From Sulfolobales archaeon (GTDB taxonomy: Archaea > Thermoproteota > Thermoprotei_A > Sulfolobales > NBVN01): a stretch of DNA of 10,694 nt. Below, in pieces: positions 1 to 5,307 of this stretch (position 1 is the first letter of the stretch; the number at the start of each line of letters is the position of its first letter). The translations under genes and the position numbers were made by a program. A model generated the notes under the pieces. It saw nothing but the letters and a program-made list of their open reading frames with translations, was not told the DNA's origin and made no database searches. The DNA lies in contig JAWBTQ010000026.1 in NCBI GenBank assembly GCA_038841535.1, forward strand, positions 1-10,694, read 5' to 3'.

Positions 1-375
1 GACAAGCTTAGGGATGACGTTCACGAGAAAGCTCCTTGGGCTGTCTACGTCACTATTAAGGAGTCGATCTCGAGGTTTTCCGCCGTTATGAAGCCCATGA
101 ACCTCGTAGTCGAGGAGCTTAGGGCAGGTGTGAGTGAAGCAGTAAGAAGAGTTCGCGAGGGTAGTGTGAAACCACTCAAAGTCAGTACACCCGTAACAAT
201 AGAGTTCCACATGAGGAGGTCTGAATACGCTGACGCAGCTGAGGACATACCAGGTATTACGAGAGCTGGAGCCTACACACTTCACTACACAGCTCGAGAC
301 CCCGTAGAAGGCTATAAGATAATGAGGTTACTCGCTCTACTGGCTTCAGCCGTTGAAGCAGCCTATCGAGTCTAG
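1..375 (+). CDS. dppA: M55 family metallopeptidase (DppA-like D-aminopeptidase), 5'-truncated by the window edge
   Basis: Frame 1 is open from base 1 (DKLRDDVHEKAPWAVYVTIKESISRFSAVMKPMNLVVEELRAGVSEAV...PVTIEF...YADAAEDIPGITR), so the ORF-track start at 88 is internal. The P-x4-V-x2-K-x3-S-R-x-S-A and A-D-x-A-x2-I-P-G patterns match the C-terminal half of DppA/M55 peptidases. The N-terminal metal ligands lie outside the window. Confidence 0.8.
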   Translation, partial: DKLRDDVHEKAPWAVYVTIKESISRFSAVMKPMNLVVEELRAGVSEAVRRVREGSVKPLKVSTPVTIEFHMRRSEYADAAEDIPGITRAGAYTLHYTARDPVEGYKIMRLLALLASAVEAAYRV

Positions 376-399
376 CTACGCCTAGTGCGTCTGTAGAGA

Positions 400-1095
400 G
401 TGGGTGCTGTTAGTGGTGCCGTAGTATTGAGGTCTGGGGGCAGAACCTACGTACTGAGGTTCGTAGTTGGAGTTCTCGACACTAACATGTACCTGGTATA
501 CGATGAAGAAACTCGTGACTCTATCTTAATCGACGTAGGTGGAGACCCGTCAGAAGCGCTGTCCTGGGTCCGTAGGCTAGACCTAAACTTAGTTGCTATA
601 ATCGCTACCCACGGTCACTTCGACCACGTCGTAGGAATACCTAGGCTCGAGCGTAGAGTACCTTCATACATTCATAGAGCCGATGTTGAGACCGTTAAGA
701 TAAGCATGGAGTGGTACTCAAGGTATACTGGTGAGAAGTTCGAAGAGCCCCTCTTCGACGTTCTACTGGATAGTGACACAAAGCTGAAGCTCGGCAGTAT
801 AGAGCTGGAAGTACTACACACACCTGGGCACAGCCCTGGCTCCATATCTATATACATACCGTCTGCTAGTGCTCTATTCGCTGGTGACACACTGTTCGCA
901 GGAACGGTTGGGAGGACGGACCTCCCGGGAGGCTCGGCGAGAGAGCTCGCAAAGAGCATCAACAAGATGTTCAGTAAGGTTCCACTAGATACCCTAGCCT
1001 ACCCAGGACACGGACCTCACACTACTCTACGTAGAGAGATGAGGGCAAATCCCTACGTTGAAGACGCTCTCACGGGCTTTGACCAGTCCCAGTAA
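400..1095 (+). CDS. MBL-fold metallo-hydrolase (glyoxalase II / YcbL-like)
   Basis: Motifs TNMYLV, LIDVG, THGHFDH (HxHxDH), HTPGHSPGS, FAGDTLF, GRTDLPGG and YPGHG. The start could be GTG 400 or TTG 427. Confidence 0.93.
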   Translation: MGAVSGAVVLRSGGRTYVLRFVVGVLDTNMYLVYDEETRDSILIDVGGDPSEALSWVRRLDLNLVAIIATHGHFDHVVGIPRLERRVPSYIHRADVETVKISMEWYSRYTGEKFEEPLFDVLLDSDTKLKLGSIELEVLHTPGHSPGSISIYIPSASALFAGDTLFAGTVGRTDLPGGSARELAKSINKMFSKVPLDTLAYPGHGPHTTLRREMRANPYVEDALTGFDQSQ

Positions 1096-1330
1096 GCAGC
1101 TCGAGGAGCTTAACTACGTCTTCGTAAGAACCCCTCTTCCTAACCCTAGATACAGACTTTTTCAACCACTTCTCTTCGCTTAGGAGGGATCTAACAGCTT
1201 TCTCAAAAACCTTTCTTCCCTCCGAGTTTAGGTAGCCCCGGCTATCAAAGAAGCTATAGTAGTCACTAACTAAAACCCGGAGCAGCCTAGTAGCCTCCTC
1301 GCGAGCATTACACACGCTAAACCACTCCAC
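1070..1330 (-). CDS. Small basic, helical hypothetical protein (86 aa)
   Basis: GTG start, mostly non-overlapping ORF with thermophile-like K/E/R/L composition (FFDSRGYLNSEGRKVFEKAVR). Its 3' end overlaps the convergent MBL gene by 26 bp. No recognisable motif. Confidence 0.7.
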   Translation of the reverse strand: MEWFSVCNAREEATRLLRVLVSDYYSFFDSRGYLNSEGRKVFEKAVRSLLSEEKWLKKSVSRVRKRGSYEDVVKLLELLTGTGQSP

Positions 1331-1344
1331 TCAACTACTTCAAG

Positions 1345-1395
1345 TCAGTAATGCGGGGTCCAGCCATATTATAGCAAGTGCGAAACTCTCATCAC
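1345..1395 (-). ncRNA. Candidate archaeal box C/D methylation-guide sRNA
   Basis: Minus strand reads GTGATGA (perfect box C, 1395-1389), GAGTTTCGCACT, TGCTATAATATGGCTG, GACCCCGCATTA, CTGA (perfect box D, 1348-1345). The 51-nt C-to-D span fits two 12-nt guides. The internal D'/C' boxes are degenerate and no target was identified. Confidence 0.55.
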
Positions 1396-1407
1396 CGTTT
1401 CCCGCTC

Positions 1408-1606
1408 TAGGTTTTTTAGGTTTTTCTGGGGTGGGTTTTGCCTCCTACCCTGCGGTTCACCGTGGTCACTGACCACTCCACGCAGGAGTCATGGGCACCC
1501 TTCGAGCCCAACGGCACGGGGCTCACAGCTAGCTCTACCTCTAGGTGGCTCGAAGTACCTCTCATCATCATCACGAAAAAATCCCACAAAAACCTTTATA
1601 AACCTA
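1408..1606 (-). mobile_element. Putative IS200/IS605-IS607 (tnpB) remnant: structured omegaRNA/reRNA-like segment without transposase or nuclease
   Basis: GC-rich nested hairpins: CCTGCG 1449-1454/CGCAGG 1481-1486 enclosing GTGGTCA-C-TGACCAC 1462-1476; CTTCGAGCC 1500-1508/GGCTCGAAG 1547-1555; GAGCCC 1504-1509/GGGCTC 1519-1524. Minus-strand frame 1574-1416 gives ...LAVSPVPLGSKGAHDSCVEWSVTTVNRR..., which from memory resembles C-terminal tails of crenarchaeal TnpB proteins. The ends are imperfect inverted repeats. Confidence 0.5.
1588..1602. promoter_or_regulatory. Archaeal TATA box (palindromic TTTATAAA, 1595-1602)
   Basis: TTTATAAA is a consensus TATA box. On the minus strand it begins 28 nt upstream of GTGATGATG at 1574. 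On the plus strand it is preceded by a BRE-like A-run (AAAAACC). The direction is therefore ambiguous. Confidence 0.55.
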
Positions 1607-1667
1607 ACACACTAAAACAGTTGCCAACCCTCAATCTACGAGATCATTGCGACTCAGCTAATAATGG

Positions 1668-1907
1668 TTAACCTCCCCTGACTAGTCTCAGCACAACGAC
1701 ATCACTAACGTCACACGTCGATACTCCACTGTCTAGAGGCTTCCCATCTATGGACGTCACGAGTACTTCCTCAACTGACAGAGCTCCTCCCTTAAACCTC
1801 AGGAGGTCGTCGATAAACGAGTATAGATCGACGCACTTCTCTAACTCAAAGCATAGCCTAGAACCGATAGAAGAAGAGAGGTTACCTAGAAAGCGTACAC
1901 ACAACAC
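1668..1907 (-). CDS. MoaD/ThiS/SAMP family ubiquitin-like sulfur carrier
   Basis: 79 aa with a beta-grasp pattern (VRFLGNL... IDGK... VVVL) and a C-terminal GG directly before the stop. Its start overlaps the stop of the oxidoreductase by 1 bp, a common AOR-moaD linkage. Confidence 0.85.
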   Translation of the reverse strand: MLCVRFLGNLSSSIGSRLCFELEKCVDLYSFIDDLLRFKGGALSVEEVLVTSIDGKPLDSGVSTCDVSDVVVLRLVRGG

Positions 1908-3757
1908 TAACTAGCACCCAGCTCTCTGCGGAGAGCCTGCACCACATCTACTGCATCGTAGAGGCCGAGCCTCCTGAGGGTTTCTTCAGTAGGTATGCCG
2001 AGGTCGTCCCAACCTAGTTGCCTGTAGTATTCAACTAAGTTCTTTGAGACCTCTTCTCGAGGTACTAGAGACCCCGCATAGGGTCCGGATGGGAGTGGCT
2101 CGTAGAACCTGGGTGGGTTGTCGTCGTGTTTTCTCGGGTCCCACCTCACGTCAGGTCCTCCAAGCAGTAGAAGTATCCTCTGTAGTGAGAGAATCCTCGG
2201 CCCTATAGTCCCGTATAGCTCATCCTTAGCCACACTCCAACCAGTCACGGTGTTCAAGAACTTGAGTACGGTATCTTCTTCGACAGAAGTAAACATGCAG
2301 ATAACGGCACTATCGAGAAACGCAGACCAAACCTCGGATTCCTCACTATTTGCTGGAAGTCCGGCAACAGACGTGTGGTCACCTCCCTGAACAGAAGCTG
2401 CGTAAGCTATTGGCTGCGGGTAGTCCTTCCTACTCCTAATTCCGTGAGCTCCTATCCCTATACCCTTCACCTGCACTGCGTACTTGAGAACATCTTCAAC
2501 CGGCAGCCTCTTCCTCTTAGCTAGCTCAATAGCACTCCTGTAGGCTCCTTCAGCAAGTACCATACCTATACCCCGCCTGTAGGCTACATCCTCCAGCAGC
2601 CTCTTAAGGCTACTGAAGTCACCCCACTTCAAGGTGTAGCCGACATCTTCTTCGGTCAGCACCTTCTTTTCGAATAGCTCAACAGCGAACCCCAGCACGT
2701 TCCCCACCTGGATTCCGCAGAGCCCTAGGTCGTCGGCTAGTGCCGAGAGAGCAATTACCTTATCTACCTCGAATAGACCGAGGTTAGACCCTAAGTAGGC
2801 ACCCATCTCGTAGTCAGGACCATCGGTTACGTAGCCTACTCCATCAACTAATGCCTTACTAACTTTCATGCAGGCTAGAGGGCAGCCCCAATCGGCCCAC
2901 GGGTTCTTCACCCAGTGCCTCCTCTCTATTGGTGCGTGACTGAACTCCTCTCTGTTGTGCCACTCCTCCTGCCAGTTCCTAACTGGTTCCGAGCTAGTTT
3001 CGTATCCAACTCTCCACAAACCCGAGGTAGTCCCCCACTTCCGGAAAGTTGATCTCGCAGCAACTCTATCGATTACTTCGTACCTAAGCTTTGCGAAGTC
3101 GTCTCTACTAGCGACAGGAGGCAGGGGTCCCGAGCCATCAACTACTATCGCCTTAAGCTTCTTCGAGCCCATGACGGCTCCGTAACCTCCGTACCCAGCT
3201 GCGTGGAACCACCTAGCCATAACTGCCGCCGTCCTCACTAGGTTCTCTCCAGCTGGGCCTATGTACAGTGACGGCAGGTCCCTACCTACATCCTCTCTCA
3301 GTGCTCTAACTAGCTCCAGACCTCTCAACCCCCACAGCTTGCTGGCATCGCGAACCTCTACTGAGTCGTCTCTCACATATAGGTAGACGGGGTCTCTTGA
3401 GGCACCACTCACTACTACCCCGTCGTAGCCTGCCGCCTTTATTGCGTAAGCTACGTGGCTACTTACAGCAGAACCTACAACACCCCCACTCTGCGGGCTC
3501 TTACCTGAGACCACTAGCTTTATTCCAGGGTAGTACCCGGTTAGGGGGCCTGTTAAGACCGTCAAAACGTTCTCGGGCCCGAGTGGGTCGACATCCCTCC
3601 ATTTCCTTCCCAGCTCCCTCCAGAGTAGGTAGGCTGCGAGACCTCTACCTCCTACGTACATCCTGTAAACCATGGGGTGGACTTCTTCTGTAGATGTCTT
3701 ACCCGTACTAAGGTCGACTCTGAGAAGCCTCCCCCAAGAACCGAAGATGTGCACCAC
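1907..3757 (-). CDS. wor5: Tungsten-containing aldehyde:ferredoxin oxidoreductase family protein, WOR5/ASOR-like large subunit
   Basis: AOR-family motifs LRVDLS, GGRGL, KSP, AGYDG, IGPAGENLV and GAVMGSKKLKAI. Segments recalled as typical of Pyrococcus furiosus WOR5 (PF1480): TGPLTGYYPG, HAAGYGGYG, SSEPVRNWQEE, WADWGCPLAC, GAHGIRS, SVQGGDHTS, DSAVIC, LLLLGGPDVxWDPRKxDDNPPRFYEPLPSGP. The start is probably GTG 3757 or 3754, after the RBS GAGGTGG at 3770-3764, rather than 3772. Confidence 0.9.
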   Translation of the reverse strand: MVHIFGSWGRLLRVDLSTGKTSTEEVHPMVYRMYVGGRGLAAYLLWRELGRKWRDVDPLGPENVLTVLTGPLTGYYPGIKLVVSGKSPQSGGVVGSAVSSHVAYAIKAAGYDGVVVSGASRDPVYLYVRDDSVEVRDASKLWGLRGLELVRALREDVGRDLPSLYIGPAGENLVRTAAVMARWFHAAGYGGYGAVMGSKKLKAIVVDGSGPLPPVASRDDFAKLRYEVIDRVAARSTFRKWGTTSGLWRVGYETSSEPVRNWQEEWHNREEFSHAPIERRHWVKNPWADWGCPLACMKVSKALVDGVGYVTDGPDYEMGAYLGSNLGLFEVDKVIALSALADDLGLCGIQVGNVLGFAVELFEKKVLTEEDVGYTLKWGDFSSLKRLLEDVAYRRGIGMVLAEGAYRSAIELAKRKRLPVEDVLKYAVQVKGIGIGAHGIRSRKDYPQPIAYAASVQGGDHTSVAGLPANSEESEVWSAFLDSAVICMFTSVEEDTVLKFLNTVTGWSVAKDELYGTIGPRILSLQRILLLLGGPDVRWDPRKHDDNPPRFYEPLPSGPYAGSLVPREEVSKNLVEYYRQLGWDDLGIPTEETLRRLGLYDAVDVVQALRRELGAS

Positions 3758-3768
3758 GAGCCACCACC

Positions 3769-4278
3769 TCACGTTAAGTACTTCTTCCCGAGCTCCTCCG
3801 CTAGAATTCTTCCAGGCTTAGCGTAGTGCTTAATTCCCGCACTAGCGGGCTTCCTAATGACCTTTAGTGCATTATAGCCTGCTCTAGAGCATTCTTTAGC
3901 GCAAACCGGGTCTCCCTTGCAGAGGTCGCATATCAAGACGTACTTCTTTCCTCTAACTACCTTAGGGATTTTCCCGGGGCATGCCTCTACACAGTTAAGG
4001 CATAGCGTGCAGAGCGATGGGTCTACCAGTACAGCTCCAGTAGCCTGGTCTACTCCAAGTGCTTTAGTTGGGCAAGCCCTCACGCACGGGTAGTCGGGGC
4101 ACTGCACGCAGTACTGAGGTACGGGTGCCCCCGGGTAGTGCTCGTAGATAGTTATCCTAGAGGCTGAGGGCCATATAGCTCCTTCGTGCTTAAGAGAGCA
4201 GGCGATCTCGCATAACCTACACCCAGAACAAGCAGTGTAGTCAACAAGTATCCAGAGCTGACCCTGGGGTGTGCTCAA
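3769..4278 (-). CDS. 4x[4Fe-4S] polyferredoxin (DmsB/HybA-like), WOR5 small-subunit homolog
   Basis: Four Cys groups: CSGCRLCEIAC, CVQCPDYPCVRACP, CTLCLNCVEACP and CDLCKGDPVCAKEC. The sequence resembles P. furiosus PF1479 as recalled (HEGxIWPxASRI, CVQCPDYPCV). TTG start preceded by GGTG, directly upstream of the large subunit. Confidence 0.92.
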   Translation of the reverse strand: MSTPQGQLWILVDYTACSGCRLCEIACSLKHEGAIWPSASRITIYEHYPGAPVPQYCVQCPDYPCVRACPTKALGVDQATGAVLVDPSLCTLCLNCVEACPGKIPKVVRGKKYVLICDLCKGDPVCAKECSRAGYNALKVIRKPASAGIKHYAKPGRILAEELGKKYLT

Positions 4279-4313
4279 GCTAACACCATCGATCCTTTAG
4301 CCCTAAGTTTTTA

Positions 4314-4332
4314 TACTAACCTATGGTGAGTA
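4314..4332. promoter_or_regulatory. Imperfect palindrome next to the putative TATA box of the WOR operon (candidate operator)
   Basis: TACTAACC-TAT-GGTGAGTA, with 7 of 8 arm positions complementary. It overlaps the minus-strand TATAAAAA (4314-4307 region), about 30-35 nt upstream of the TTG start at 4278. Confidence 0.35.
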
Positions 4333-4434
4333 AAAAGTCTGGCATAATTTTAAGGTAATACCTAGTTCTCCCTACCGCTTTGAGGAAGCAATATTGCCTG
4401 CTAATATAACTCTGGAGAGCGGATTGATTGTGAA

Positions 4435-5088
4435 GTGCTTTACGCTATGAACTCTATTGAGGACTTATTGTATAAGTACGGTGGGAGAGCTTACTACGTG
4501 CTAAAGGCTGCTCTAGAGGTAGCAGAAGAAAACAGAGAGATGGGGCTCTCTAAACTTGGAGACTTCGACTACAGGTCTTTAGTGCTCAAGCTCAAGTCGT
4601 GGGGGATCGAATACAACCCCTCAAACCTACTCAAGGTAATGGAGAGAGAGTACGGTCTCGTAAGAACTTCCTATCGGTCTTCTAATCAGAGGTGGTGGGT
4701 ATTCACCGATATATCTTCAGTAAGACTGGCTCTAGAGGATAGTAGAGACGAGCTTGGAGACCCCGAGGAAGAGCTTCTAACTATTCAGATAGCTGTATTA
4801 GACATAGACAGTGTTATTGCTGAATTAACCAGTATCCTGAGTAAGGAGAGAGTAAGTTCCTCAGATGAAGAGAAGCTTAGAGAGATAGTGCTGGACGAGC
4901 TACCACTAATCATTGAGGTCTATAAAAAAGCTGCCAACTACAGTAGCAAGTTCTCAGACTTCGTAGGAAAAGCTAGAAAGGCGTTGAAGCTAGCGCGAAA
5001 AGCGGCCCTCATGCTTAAGAGCAGGCCCCGCGCAATCCAAGAAAAAGTACCCGAATTGAGCATCGAGGAAAAGCTACGCTTTCAATAA
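4435..5088 (+). CDS. Conserved crenarchaeal-type hypothetical protein (possible winged-helix N-domain plus helical C-domain)
   Basis: Long non-overlapping ORF containing the block LGDFDYRSLV...GIEYNPSNLLKVMEREYGLVRTSYRSSNQRWWVF, recalled from uncharacterised Thermoprotei proteins. The start may be ATG 4447. Function unknown. Confidence 0.8.
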   Translation: MLYAMNSIEDLLYKYGGRAYYVLKAALEVAEENREMGLSKLGDFDYRSLVLKLKSWGIEYNPSNLLKVMEREYGLVRTSYRSSNQRWWVFTDISSVRLALEDSRDELGDPEEELLTIQIAVLDIDSVIAELTSILSKERVSSSDEEKLREIVLDELPLIIEVYKKAANYSSKFSDFVGKARKALKLARKAALMLKSRPRAIQEKVPELSIEEKLRFQ

Positions 5089-5307
5089 GGTAGGATAGTT
5101 GGCTAGGTCTGATTGCGTATGTTTAAAGGTTTCTATTCCGATATAGGTGTTAGCGTCCTTATATATTCTATTCATAGGGCACTTCATAGAACTCTCTACT
5201 ACGGAGGTCTAGCACAGTAAGTGGGGATGTAACTAAAAGAGACCCGAACAAATATGAACTTATTAAAATTTATTAATCGCAAAACCAATCAATCAAGAAG
5301 TGAAATT

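Noticed and set aside
45-965. Minus-strand ORFs 45-248 and 672-965
   Set aside because: Antisense shadows of the dppA and MBL genes.
400-1095. MBL protein as a persulfide dioxygenase linked to the sulfonate enzyme
   Set aside because: It has ordinary glyoxalase II/YcbL-type motifs, lies on the opposite strand and is not in the operon.
1618-1660. Minus-strand CTGA...ATGATC resembling D'/C' boxes
   Set aside because: No box C upstream and no box D at suitable spacing.
1438-1671. 77-aa plus-strand ORF
   Set aside because: It runs through the hairpin element, A-tracts and the TATA box, has a TTG start with no RBS, and its composition is not protein-like.
2118-3693. Plus-strand ORFs 2118-2390, 2955-3185 and 3397-3693
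   Set aside because: Antisense shadows inside the oxidoreductase gene, with no motifs.
5089-5253. CTGA at 5109-5112, repeated TTCTATTC, and TTCTAT/ATAGAA inverted hexamers
   Set aside because: No credible box C, and the repeats are too short to exceed chance in AT-rich intergenic DNA.
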